Under the pieces are notes generated by a model. It searched no databases, was not told the DNA's origin, and saw only the letters and a program-made list of their open reading frames with translations. Positions 18,183-27,443 of a DNA stretch of 64,000 bases are shown here, in pieces; position 1 is the first letter of the stretch; each line of letters opens with the position of its first letter. A program made the position numbers and the translations under genes. The stretch comes from an uncultured Lachnospiraceae bacterium (GTDB lineage Bacteria; Bacillota; Clostridia; Lachnospirales; Lachnospiraceae): NCBI GenBank assembly GCA_946620235.1, contig CAMONC010000001.1:414-64413 (forward strand), written 5' to 3'.

Positions 18183-19922
18183 TTATTTCTTCGAAAGTGA
18201 CTCAGCCATAAGGGCACGTCTGGTCGGCGGCCATGTGACCGGTGTCTGCTTCACATCCCCGTTGGGGGCGGGCTTGGCATAGGTTGGCTTCGGGTTCTCT
18301 TTATTGGCTTTGATATCCCACGGTGTCTTCGCAGGCTGCAAGCCGTCTCCGTTGGTGGCAGGCTTGGCGTAAGACGGCTTCGGGTTATCTTTATTGGACT
18401 TGATATCCCACGGTTCCCTGGCAGGCTGTCTGCCGTCTCCGTTTACGGCAGGCTTGGCATAAGACGGCTTCGGGTTCTCTTTATTGGCTTTGATATCCCA
18501 CGGTGTCTTTGCGGGTTGCAGGCCGTCTCCGTTCTCTGCGGGCTTGGCATAGGTCGGTTTGGGATCTTTTTTATTTGCTCTTATATCCCAGGGCTTCATC
18601 ACCGTCGGAGGTGTATCCCCGTTAAAGGCCGGTATGGCATTCTCGGGTTTGGGGTCAGTCTTGTTGGCTTTGATATCCCATCTGGGTTTGGCCGTGCCGT
18701 CCGACATCTCCCAGCCGCCTTCCTTGGGCTTGGGTGTATAATGGTCATCACTAACCGCATTGGTGCTATCGGCATAAGTGGGTTTGGAGCCGTCATACTT
18801 CTCCTGCCTCTTCTTGGCGGTTATATCCGTGCTCTCCCAGCCTCCCTCTCCGGGTCCCGATGGCGTATAATGATCTGATGAAGTTTCATTACTCTGATTG
18901 GCATACTTGACCTTATCCCCGGCCTTGATTTCTTCGGCTCTGGGCTTGGCTGAAGAATCGGTCATCTTCCAGCTGCCGTCATCCTGCTTGGAGTAATGCT
19001 CCTTACTTGTCATGTTGTTGCCGTTGGCCCACTTGACTTCGGTTCCTTCTCCATACGCATCCAGTCTCTCTTTGACTTTGGAGTCTACACGTTTGAGTCC
19101 GTTTTCACCCGACGTATATGATTTGGCTGCCCAATCGATTGATTTCGGGTTGGCATATGTGGTCTTGTGCCCCTCAACACCTTTGATAGACCAGAAGGGT
19201 TTGTTGGTTGATGTGGCTCTTTTCTGTGGATCCGTTATGCCGCCATAGGCTGTATCCTTGCGTACCCGTATAGGATTCACAGCATAATCCACACTCTTCT
19301 GCTCGTAGTATTCACTATCCTTGCTCAGACCCAGCTTGCTGGCGTATTTATTCTCGAGATTACCTGTATTATCTTCTTTTTTGAATTTATAAGGCTCAAG
19401 CTCCTGTGATCCCTCAAAGGGATTGGTCACTACCATCAGCTCTCTGTAGGCTATGGTGGTAGTCTCAGTCAGGATCGCGCTCTTCTCGGAGTTCAATTCT
19501 CCGTATTCCTTGGCTGTAACCACACACCCGGTGAAGGTGTATATACGCGCGGGACTTGCAGGCGCGGCATCGATGATCTCGGATCTGGCTTTGTGTCTGT
19601 ATACATAGAGCATGACGGGCAGCATAAGCTCCGTTCCGTTGGCCAGAGGATCAAGGAATCTCTCCGTGCCCACGTATCTCTCGACCTGGAATGTAAAAGG
19701 CTTCGATATGGGCTTGCGTCTCATATGAACATAGTCATTTACACCACCCTCACGGATGTATTCGTATTCATTCTCTTTGTTGAATACCTTTACACTCTTG
19801 AGCGCCAGAAAATATACTCCTTCAACCTCGAGCACGAAGTTAAAGGACGTTATGGGATTGTTGACCGGGGCATTACGATCGGTTATGTCATCATTGCCCC
19901 ATGCACTCCAGCCACTGCTCAT
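18183..19922 (-). CDS. T4 gp19-like tube protein (Afp5-like) fused to a ~400-aa repeat-rich extension
   Basis: NPITSFNFVLEVEG...EYEYIREGGVNDYVH...YTFTGCVVT..YGELNSEKSAILTETTTIAYREL tube domain followed by tandem repeats. Confidence 0.82.
   Translation of the reverse strand: MSSGWSAWGNDDITDRNAPVNNPITSFNFVLEVEGVYFLALKSVKVFNKENEYEYIREGGVNDYVHMRRKPISKPFTFQVERYVGTERFLDPLANGTELMLPVMLYVYRHKARSEIIDAAPASPARIYTFTGCVVTAKEYGELNSEKSAILTETTTIAYRELMVVTNPFEGSQELEPYKFKKEDNTGNLENKYASKLGLSKDSEYYEQKSVDYAVNPIRVRKDTAYGGITDPQKRATSTNKPFWSIKGVEGHKTTYANPKSIDWAAKSYTSGENGLKRVDSKVKERLDAYGEGTEVKWANGNNMTSKEHYSKQDDGSWKMTDSSAKPRAEEIKAGDKVKYANQSNETSSDHYTPSGPGEGGWESTDITAKKRQEKYDGSKPTYADSTNAVSDDHYTPKPKEGGWEMSDGTAKPRWDIKANKTDPKPENAIPAFNGDTPPTVMKPWDIRANKKDPKPTYAKPAENGDGLQPAKTPWDIKANKENPKPSYAKPAVNGDGRQPAREPWDIKSNKDNPKPSYAKPATNGDGLQPAKTPWDIKANKENPKPTYAKPAPNGDVKQTPVTWPPTRRALMAESLSKK
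18235..18690 (-). repeat. Five tandem 90-bp (30-aa) repeats, consensus PWDIKANKENPKP[ST]YAKPAxNGDGxQPAxx
   Basis: The ttattggctttgatatccca-like motif recurs at 18301, 18391, 18481, 18571 and 18661 (exact 90-bp period). Confidence 0.95.
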
Positions 19923-19956
19923 ATACTCTACCTGTTTCCTGCTTTGCCGGCGGATC

Positions 19957-20160
19957 CTATCCTCTCGTCGGCTTCATATCCAAAATGCTCTTTTCCTTCT
20001 TCTCCGAGGGATTAAGGCTCTTGTTGATCCCCGATATCTCACTGCACCATCTGCGCCTCTCCACATGCGGGAGACTCATCACTTCCGCTTCGCTCCAGTG
20101 GAAGTAGTATGAGATGAATGACATCTCCCGGTACAGGTCATCACTGGGATAGAGTCTCAA
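19957..20160 (-). CDS. DUF6760-like small CIS protein; probable C-terminal (gpT-like) part of a frameshifted tail-assembly chaperone
   Basis: LYREMSFISYYFHWS..EVMSLPH.ERRRWCSEIS.IN; lies in the -1 frame relative to the upstream gene with a TTGA overlap. Confidence 0.85.
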   Translation of the reverse strand: MRLYPSDDLYREMSFISYYFHWSEAEVMSLPHVERRRWCSEISGINKSLNPSEKKEKSILDMKPTRG

Positions 20161-20519
20161 CCCTCCTGCGTAAAATTTAGCGGTACCTCAAACACCTTGC
20201 CGCAATCCGGGCATACACATTCCATCGTCGGAGGCTCTATGTCGTTGATACGCTGGTACATATCCTGCAGATATGCGAGATCAGCGGTAAAAAGCTGCTC
20301 TATCGTAGTTGCTGTGACCGACTCAATGCCCTCTAATTCAGTAATAACCTTGCTTAATATGACAATTGTCAGATACGAGGGATTGGAGAGCACTCTGGGA
20401 TCACGTGTAGCGGAGATCTCATCTCCGGCCGTAGCCAGACGCATCCGGCCTCTGCGGTGCAGTTCTCCAGCCGAATCCATATATCCCTTCGGTAGTGTGA
20501 AGTCATATAAGGTATCCAT
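20157..20519 (-). CDS. Tail assembly chaperone-like protein (gpG-like)
   Basis: YDFTLPKGYMD..G.LHRRGRMRLATAGDEI...IEQLFTADLAYLQDMYQRIN; C-terminal CPDC; directly after the tube gene. Confidence 0.85.
   Translation of the reverse strand: MDTLYDFTLPKGYMDSAGELHRRGRMRLATAGDEISATRDPRVLSNPSYLTIVILSKVITELEGIESVTATTIEQLFTADLAYLQDMYQRINDIEPPTMECVCPDCGKVFEVPLNFTQEG
20172..20178 (-). other. Putative programmed -1 ribosomal frameshift site A_AAT_TTT
   Basis: Minus strand reads CTA AAT TTT ACG CAG GAG GGT TGA, an X_XXY_YYZ heptamer in the correct phase; the -1 frame is open into the next ORF. Confidence 0.7.
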
Positions 20520-20589
20520 CTTCTATATCCTCCCGATATCAATCAGTGTGTACATACCGTCCTGTAACGGTTTTGTCCGCTTACTCTGA

Positions 20590-20609
20590 GGCTCATCAAG
20601 CGATGAGCC
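20590..20609. other. Intergenic stem-loop GGCTCATC-AAGC-GATGAGCC downstream of the tube gene
   Basis: Perfect 8-bp inverted repeat with a 4-nt loop; no U-tract follows it on the coding strand. Confidence 0.6.
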
Positions 20610-20629
20610 CCATATATGCAGACAAAAAA

Positions 20630-21130
20630 TCAGTTGGGAATAATAAGTTCCTCGTACGCGATCTCCACTGACTCTATCGCTACATCAGAGTTCTTAGCGT
20701 CTAAGTCGGGAGCATTGTACTTGGTTACCCATGCATTGGTAAGTGTCCACTGTCTGGTACCTACAGGTGACTCTACCAGTGATGAAGGTGCACCGGAGTT
20801 GATGTCGATCAGCTCGATCGTAACGTTGTTACGGGGCATCTGACCTCTGGACTCACTCACACACTCCATGATCCATGTCTTGAACGGGCTGGAAATGATA
20901 TAGCCCATCTTCAGTGTTACATTGCCGTGCTTAACGAGTCCGGGAACCTTAACAGGTGCAAGTGAACCTGAGTTACCCTGTCTGAACTCGATAACATCGA
21001 CTGTGGCTTCTATGCCGGTTACTTCGCTGAAAGCTGCTGTTCCCGCTACGGTATCAACAGTCACCAGGAAGTTCATTTTGGTCAACGGATATGCTGACCG
21101 TTTGTCATTTTCATATGCTCCAGTAGCCAT
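20630..21130 (-). CDS. Major tail tube protein, T4 gp19-like (Afp1-like)
   Basis: YPLTKMNFLV...FSEVTGI...IEFRQG...KVPGLVKHGNVTLKMG...WTLTNAWVTKYNAPDLDA..SDVAIESVEIAYE. Confidence 0.95.
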   Translation of the reverse strand: MATGAYENDKRSAYPLTKMNFLVTVDTVAGTAAFSEVTGIEATVDVIEFRQGNSGSLAPVKVPGLVKHGNVTLKMGYIISSPFKTWIMECVSESRGQMPRNNVTIELIDINSGAPSSLVESPVGTRQWTLTNAWVTKYNAPDLDAKNSDVAIESVEIAYEELIIPN

Positions 21131-21180
21131 AATTCATGACTCCTTTCTGTAAGTTAAACTCTACGACTGTTCTCCGAAGC

Positions 21181-22887
21181 TTATTCAGAAGCTTCCTCAC
21201 CGCCGCCTGCTTCCGATGTATGCTGTGTTACTCTGAAGATCACGAACTCAGCAGGACGGGACGGTGCGATACCTACGTTACATATCAGTCTTCCGTTCAT
21301 GATATCGTCTCTTGTCATGGTAGAAGTACCGATCTCTACGAAATAGCTCTCCGAAGCGGATCCGCCTGCGAGCATTCCGTTTCTGAACAGTCCGTCCAGG
21401 AAGTTGGCGATCGTCTGGTGAACTCTCTGCCAGAGAGCGGGATCGTTGGGCTCAAATACAACCCAGTTGGTATTGGCCTTGATGCTCTCTTCGACATAGA
21501 TGAACAACCTGCGGACGTTGACATACTTGAACGCGCTGTTGCTGGATGCGGTACGTGCACCCCAGATCCTGATACCCTGTCCGGGCAGATTACGGATGAG
21601 GTTGATCCCCTCGGGATTCAGGATATCCTGCTCATCCTTGGTGTAGTTAACCGACAGACCGGTACAGAAGATGACCTCATTGGCAGGTGCCTTGTGTACG
21701 CCTCTGGCGATATCGGTTCTGGAGTATACACCCATGACTGCTCCCGACGGAGGAATGTAGTCGGACTTGTTGCTGGATCTGTCAAATACCTGGATCCAGG
21801 GATGATACATAGCACAGTATGTGGAATCCACTATCTGTCTGTAACCGATCAGATCGGCTGTCTTGTACATCTCCTTGGGCATATCGAGTACCGCGAATCT
21901 GCTGCGGAGTCTCTCACAATGTGCAACCAGAGCTACGACTACTTCGGGCATCGTGATGCCGGGGATAGCGAGCATGCTTATCAGTGAGTTCTCCTCAAAT
22001 GCTGCAAGTCCTGTACGCTTGCCGGGGCCGTTATCCTCGCCGATATATGTTGCGGCATTGATCTTGGCTACGGAACCGTCGGTACCTCCCTCGAGGAAGA
22101 ATACGCCGTCGGTGATGTCCTTGCCGAGGATCTCGGATACGGGATTGCCGGGTGCCTTGGGCTGAGTAACCTCAACCTTGATCAGATCGCTGCCTGCGAG
22201 CCTGCTGCCGATATATCTGGGTGATGCTGTATTGAAGCTGAGTTCAGCATAATTCTCCACATCATCGCCGTAACGGATGGACATATCCATGGTTACGAGA
22301 TACAGCAGTGACTTGGGTACGATATCCGCATCAACGGCATTCTTGGGTAATTCGCTCTCGAATGTTACCTCGTTGTCAACGATGGTCTTGATCCTGGTGT
22401 AGGTCTTCTCGAATACCACGAGGTCTCCCTCTCTGAAGCCGTCCAGAGTCTTTGCCTTATAACCCGTAGCCGTCTTCTCCACCAGCTGAAGCTTACGCTT
22501 CTTATTGGTGGCCAGGATGATCTGTACCTTGTTGCCCCAGGTACCGGGGGAAGTTGCCTGTACGGTCAATATACCTTTCTTGGCCTCGGCAGTTTTGGCA
22601 TCAGCGGGTGCCACACGCATTACGAAGCATCTGGTTCCGCCGTTATCAAAGAACTGCTCAACGCTGTTGGCCAGAAAACGGTATTCACCGTAGCCGAACT
22701 CCGATAAGAATCCGCCGAACTGCTGACGGAATGAACGCATACTTGTTACGAGAAGGGGAGCGCCCGTAAGGGGGCCTTTCTCCGCAAGTCCGATAAAGCC
22801 TGCCGTACTGGTACCGACACCTTCGATACTACGCGGCGAATTATCATATTCCTCGACGTATACGCCCGGTGATAAATACTCTGCCAT
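21181..22887 (-). CDS. Contractile tail sheath protein (Afp2/3/4-like)
   Basis: YLSPGVYVEE...GVGTSTAGFIG; PPSG..MGVYSRTD..RGVHKAPAN; IWGART; YVNVRRL; WVVFEPND; RPAEFVIFR. Confidence 0.97.
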   Translation of the reverse strand: MAEYLSPGVYVEEYDNSPRSIEGVGTSTAGFIGLAEKGPLTGAPLLVTSMRSFRQQFGGFLSEFGYGEYRFLANSVEQFFDNGGTRCFVMRVAPADAKTAEAKKGILTVQATSPGTWGNKVQIILATNKKRKLQLVEKTATGYKAKTLDGFREGDLVVFEKTYTRIKTIVDNEVTFESELPKNAVDADIVPKSLLYLVTMDMSIRYGDDVENYAELSFNTASPRYIGSRLAGSDLIKVEVTQPKAPGNPVSEILGKDITDGVFFLEGGTDGSVAKINAATYIGEDNGPGKRTGLAAFEENSLISMLAIPGITMPEVVVALVAHCERLRSRFAVLDMPKEMYKTADLIGYRQIVDSTYCAMYHPWIQVFDRSSNKSDYIPPSGAVMGVYSRTDIARGVHKAPANEVIFCTGLSVNYTKDEQDILNPEGINLIRNLPGQGIRIWGARTASSNSAFKYVNVRRLFIYVEESIKANTNWVVFEPNDPALWQRVHQTIANFLDGLFRNGMLAGGSASESYFVEIGTSTMTRDDIMNGRLICNVGIAPSRPAEFVIFRVTQHTSEAGGGEEASE

Positions 22888-22912
22888 ATACTTTACCTCT
22901 TTTCATTAAACT

Positions 22913-23302
22913 TCAGTTTGCTGTTACCTTAACCTGTCCCGGAAACGTGATGGATACCGAGCCTGCGTAAGCACACATCATCTTACAGTCACCTGTAAGA
23001 CAGGGCTTGCCGCCTATGATCACCTTCGGTTTGGTGGGGATCCAGGTGCCGGCCGGCATGGGCATGCACGGTTGTGGTGTAAGCACTCCCATTGCTGCCG
23101 TGGTCGCTGCCGCGACTGCCGGATTGGCCATGGATGTACACAGTCCGAAGGGTCCTATATTGGCTCCTCCCTGTGAATCCGCGATGGTTGCTGCGGGCTT
23201 GCCCTGCGCCATGACCTTAGCCTGTGATGTCACTTTGACAGGTGCGGGTGCCGTGCCCATTGTGCACATTGCGGTTCCTCCCGCTGCTACCAGTTCACTC
23301 AT
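22913..23302 (-). CDS. DUF4280 PAAR-like spike tip protein
   Basis: AMCTMG..P...NIGPFGLCTSMANPAVAAATTAAMGVLTPQPCMP...W...CKMMCAYAGSVSI..PGQ. Confidence 0.92.
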   Translation of the reverse strand: MSELVAAGGTAMCTMGTAPAPVKVTSQAKVMAQGKPAATIADSQGGANIGPFGLCTSMANPAVAAATTAAMGVLTPQPCMPMPAGTWIPTKPKVIIGGKPCLTGDCKMMCAYAGSVSITFPGQVKVTAN

Positions 23303-24104
23303 GATCCGTAGTTTCCTTTCCGGTATAAGGCAATACCTTGATTGCGTTGTCCATCAAGTCGATCTCTCCGGACTCCTGGTGAAAATCGATCGGTCTGAAG
23401 TACTCATTACCGCCTGCGGTGAATCGTATCAAGTGCGGCAGTGTGCTGCCGTCATCCCTCACTTTCAGCGTGTAATCTCCTTCGGGGCCCGCTCTGCCGT
23501 ATATGATACGGCATACTCTTTCACCCGGTTTGTGTTCTCCTTTGAGCGGTTCTTCAAGGACAACACGTGTCGGATTATCGCTTTCCGCGATACCGAACAC
23601 TTCATAGCGCGATCCATCTTCCGATACCAATGCGTAACGCATATTATCGATCACTACTCTTCCTCCGGATGTCAGCGGCATAAGGTTCATGTAATATACA
23701 TCTCTCCTTGCCGAGGCTTCGTGGAAGACGCAGATCGGCCGTGTAACAGCTACGGCTTCGATGGATTCCAGTTTGGAAAGGTTCCCGTGGATCTCTATTA
23801 CGGATCCTGCTGTGCGATTCTTCTCTGACGGCATCAGGAATACATCGCATATAGGGAGTTTGGGATCAAGCTTTTCGTAACGGACATCCAGATCCAGTTC
23901 CTCGTATCCCCGGGCCTTGATATGCATAGAAAAGTCTTCCCTGCTTTCGCCCGTGAATACCCAGAAGCCGTCGCCCTTAAACATGGGCCTGAGCACTTCC
24001 GCGCCGGAATCAAAGTGTATATCCGTTTCTGTCAGTTCTCTCCCTGTGGTGGTATCGATCAGGCGAAGCGCTAAAGACAGGCGTGCTCTGATCACTACAC
24101 TCAA
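23295..24104 (-). CDS. Conserved CIS-associated beta-rich hypothetical protein
   Basis: Between the Pvc16-like and PAAR-like genes, overlapping the latter; LALRLIDTTTGR and IKARGYE transthyretin-like signatures. Confidence 0.65.
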   Translation of the reverse strand: MSVVIRARLSLALRLIDTTTGRELTETDIHFDSGAEVLRPMFKGDGFWVFTGESREDFSMHIKARGYEELDLDVRYEKLDPKLPICDVFLMPSEKNRTAGSVIEIHGNLSKLESIEAVAVTRPICVFHEASARRDVYYMNLMPLTSGGRVVIDNMRYALVSEDGSRYEVFGIAESDNPTRVVLEEPLKGEHKPGERVCRIIYGRAGPEGDYTLKVRDDGSTLPHLIRFTAGGNEYFRPIDFHQESGEIDLMDNAIKVLPYTGKETTDHE

Positions 24105-24112
24105 TTCTTCTC

Positions 24113-24703
24113 CTACCTCCTTTCCTCTCCGGTTACACTGATCTCAAAACCGGCATCGGTTACACGAGGTGTATCGATGATCTCACCGCTTGACAGGTAT
24201 ACGGGTGCCGCCCGGTAGAACAGGCTGATCTGATAAGGCTTGTTGATCGCCTGCCATACCCGCACTTTTTCCTCCAGACTTATCTTCGCCTGAGACAGTA
24301 CTATCGGAGGCTCCTGCGTGTCGAGCCAGTTTTGGAGTTCATTGGGCCTGACGGAACTGTTATCGTTCACTATCTGCGCTATGCGCCCAATGATTTTCTG
24401 TATATCGGGATCCTTGAGGCCCATCTGGCCGGATCCGTTGATAAAGACCATATAGTATAATGCATATGGTCTGGGCGGTTTGGATATCTGAGCCCGGCCT
24501 GCCTGTACATATCTGGGACCGGTCACTTCCACGTCCTCTCTGATATCATACAGATACAGACCTACGATATAGTCCACGTCCTGAGACATGGGGGACGATA
24601 TCTCTATATTGTTGGGAGAAGGGATGGGCTCGGGACACATTTTCTCCCTGAGCGTCTTGATTATATATGCGCTTACATCTGATATTATCGGATAATCTGC
24701 CAT
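24113..24703 (-). CDS. DUF4255/Pvc16(Afp16)-like tail terminator (cap)
   Basis: IISDVS..IIKTLR...IEISSP...VGLYLYDIRED...LYYMV...VWQAINKPYQISLFYRA.PV. Confidence 0.88.
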   Translation of the reverse strand: MADYPIISDVSAYIIKTLREKMCPEPIPSPNNIEISSPMSQDVDYIVGLYLYDIREDVEVTGPRYVQAGRAQISKPPRPYALYYMVFINGSGQMGLKDPDIQKIIGRIAQIVNDNSSVRPNELQNWLDTQEPPIVLSQAKISLEEKVRVWQAINKPYQISLFYRAAPVYLSSGEIIDTPRVTDAGFEISVTGEERR

Positions 24704-24706
24704 CTG

Positions 24707-27418
24707 TTATTCTCCCTTGACAAATTCGGTAAGTGCTTCCGTATATTCCTGAACCTTGGCCTGCATGGGGCCTGTCAGGCATATGGCGTAATCGGTACCG
24801 TAAGCATACTCCGCACTGCAACCGAAATACGTGCTGCCGTCATTCTCGCCTATCATGAGTGCACCCTGTGACACCACCGCAGTGTTCATCTGCTCGGGTT
24901 CCTCGTCGGTGCTGCTCCTGTACATCAGGTCGCTGCCACGCTTAAAGATATACACCTTCGATCCCGATGTGACTGTGGCGGTAGCCTTCGTTTCATCATA
25001 GAAATATCTGTACGAGGTCACAGCGGATATGACTCTTAAGTCAATGTATTCTATGGATTTATTATCACTGTACTGTCTGTATAAGTATTTATTGCCTCCG
25101 GATATCAGCCTGTTGACCAGCTTGGATGTAAGACTCTCCGCCGGTGCTATACCGGATCTGGCCAGTCTCGACATGACCGCCGAAGCTATGGCAAGCTCCC
25201 TGTCATTCATCTCATCGAGGCTCTTGCCGAAGAGGGCTTCAAGCTGCGCCAGAAGCTCATCCTCCGAGGCCGCACTGTCGGTACTTTTCGATGAATCTAT
25301 CGCATTCTGTATGCCACGCAGGGTAGCTGCGCTTGCCCCGCTCGCGGCTGCCTTATCCTTGAGCTTATCTAGTGCATCATCGGCCCCCGCTGCTGCGAGT
25401 GCATCGGCTATGCCGCTCAAATCCGCATTCGCATCATCCGCCAGTTTATTCATGGCCTTGTCCGTAAGGGAGTCAGCCATGGAGGCTCCTCCTCCGGCTC
25501 CTGCGATATCCTGATCCACTGCCGCTATCAATGCATCATATGCCTTGACACCGGCCAGATCATTATTATCAAGTGCTTCATCACGCTTTTTTAACAGCTC
25601 AGCCTTTCTGTCCTTCAGACGGTCGGCATCCGATTGGAGGCTCTTATCGGAATCAATGATCTTCTGGGCCTCTTCCTTGAGCCATACTATATGTGCTTCC
25701 ACGGATGATTTCGCATAAGGCTTGAAATCACTGTCCGGCAGAGAGTCATTGAGTTTCTCCGCCAGATCCAGCCGCTGGTATACATATGCCAGTGCATTTG
25801 CTGCCGTATCACGCTGTCTGACACCGTCTATGAGGAACTGAAGCATCGACCGGTCGGCTTCAAGCGAGGTCTTCTGATCATCGAGGAAGGCAGTGCGTGC
25901 ATTCTCACCGGTCAGCGTCGAATAGTCGGGATCGGGGCCTGACTGTGCATGCTGTGTATATGCCGAGTCGGCCTGAGGTATCAGGCTGCTCATGAGCATA
26001 TCAAGCTCGCCCGCTTTATCACTGACCTTATTATTCTTGATATTGATCACATGCTTCAGATATGTGACCGGTCCTCCGGTGCCGGATGCGGATGACGAAT
26101 CTATGACCTGGACCGAGTAGTCGTACTCGGAATGCCCGAGGATGTCCTTGGTATCCTCCAGGCTCTTGGACAGATGCTTGGTATAACTGTCGGAGCAGTT
26201 GGACATGCATTGACCGATAGCTTCGGTCAGTGCCGAATCCGCGGCAAATGCATTCTCCTTCGGAGTTTCATCATATACATAATCCTCATTTTCGGAATTG
26301 GCTTCCTCATGACGCTTCTTGTCATTCTCCACGCTTTCCTCGAGTATGGTCCACCATCCGTCAGAGTTACCCTTGATGCCCATCCAGCTGAACCAGGCCG
26401 ACAGCCACGGAGCCTTAATTGCCAGGCTGGATGCGGAGAAATCATGTTTGGTGGCATCCTCGAGCTCGTTGATATAGTCAGGATTGGTCGCATTGTTGGG
26501 ATCATTGGATGAATCCTTGAAATTACCGTATGGCGTATAATTGGATCCTGTGGCCAGAGTATTGAGTGTATTGAGCAGGTTCGGATCCATCACCACGAGT
26601 CTGTCCATGACAAGCATACGGCGCTTGGCATCCACCTTTTCCATCAGGCCGTATACGATGGCTGCCTCTTCATCGGCACCCTGTGCCTTGAGGTTGATAT
26701 AGCAGCTGTTAAGCTTCTGCAGATCCTCGTCACACTTATTGGTCTCTGCATCCCGGATATCAAGTGCGAAGAACGTGCTCAGCAGCCGGAAATAATATAC
26801 GTCAGTCCTTAAGTTGCCCGTCTGTTCGGAATTCCTGTTCTTGATGAAGTCGTCACGGGATATATCCTGTGCCTCCTCCGAATATGTATACTGCATCCAC
26901 AGAGGCTGTAGCTCCGGAAGCTTGGACAGATCGTAAGGATCGGGGATGTCAAACGTATTGACCGGAGTCATGGTCTTGGCATCACGCAGGATACCGTCGG
27001 ATCCGGCATAGTATGATACATACAGAGGATCGAGCACCGCTTCATCCACGGGTACACCGTCTTTCGAAATGCCTGCCAGTCCGTTATCCACGTTGTCTGT
27101 TTCATACCACTGCCCGTTGGTGAATTCCGATTTATAGTAGATATTGTTCTGCCCGCTTTCTGTAGCGGAAGCAGCGGCCTTTTCCTGCAAAGGGCCGGTA
27201 AGTGCCTTGATATGGATGATATATGTACCGATGAAGAGCACGGAATTATCCACAGTGGTCTTGCTCTTGAACTCCGAATACGTGACTGCCGTGCTTGTAT
27301 CGAAGATCGCATCGGCTATTATGTCTCTGCTCATGAATACAGCCACACCGGATCCTGCGATCAATACCGCCATCAGGAAGCTCAGTATTCTTTTGTATGT
27401 CTTGGATAGTTTCTTCAA
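24707..27418 (-). CDS. Large exported/membrane-anchored protein with coiled coil and C-terminal copper-amine-oxidase-N (stalk)-like domain
   Basis: N-terminal basic + hydrophobic segment; helical middle; C-terminal YIDLRVIS..TSYRYFYDE....TVTSGSKVYIFKRG. Confidence 0.6.
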   Translation of the reverse strand: MKKLSKTYKRILSFLMAVLIAGSGVAVFMSRDIIADAIFDTSTAVTYSEFKSKTTVDNSVLFIGTYIIHIKALTGPLQEKAAASATESGQNNIYYKSEFTNGQWYETDNVDNGLAGISKDGVPVDEAVLDPLYVSYYAGSDGILRDAKTMTPVNTFDIPDPYDLSKLPELQPLWMQYTYSEEAQDISRDDFIKNRNSEQTGNLRTDVYYFRLLSTFFALDIRDAETNKCDEDLQKLNSCYINLKAQGADEEAAIVYGLMEKVDAKRRMLVMDRLVVMDPNLLNTLNTLATGSNYTPYGNFKDSSNDPNNATNPDYINELEDATKHDFSASSLAIKAPWLSAWFSWMGIKGNSDGWWTILEESVENDKKRHEEANSENEDYVYDETPKENAFAADSALTEAIGQCMSNCSDSYTKHLSKSLEDTKDILGHSEYDYSVQVIDSSSASGTGGPVTYLKHVINIKNNKVSDKAGELDMLMSSLIPQADSAYTQHAQSGPDPDYSTLTGENARTAFLDDQKTSLEADRSMLQFLIDGVRQRDTAANALAYVYQRLDLAEKLNDSLPDSDFKPYAKSSVEAHIVWLKEEAQKIIDSDKSLQSDADRLKDRKAELLKKRDEALDNNDLAGVKAYDALIAAVDQDIAGAGGGASMADSLTDKAMNKLADDANADLSGIADALAAAGADDALDKLKDKAAASGASAATLRGIQNAIDSSKSTDSAASEDELLAQLEALFGKSLDEMNDRELAIASAVMSRLARSGIAPAESLTSKLVNRLISGGNKYLYRQYSDNKSIEYIDLRVISAVTSYRYFYDETKATATVTSGSKVYIFKRGSDLMYRSSTDEEPEQMNTAVVSQGALMIGENDGSTYFGCSAEYAYGTDYAICLTGPMQAKVQEYTEALTEFVKGE

Positions 27419-27443
27419 TGCTTTTCTCTCTCGTTCGTCAAAC

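Noticed and set aside
18235-18690. 90-bp periodic repeats as a CRISPR array
   Set aside because: In-frame coding repeats with codon-level variation, no unique spacers and no cas genes
5437-24703. Prophage or R-type tailocin interpretation of the tail genes
   Set aside because: No capsid, portal, terminase, integrase or lysis genes; the Pvc16/DUF4255-like and Pvc15-like genes mark an Afp/PVC-type CIS
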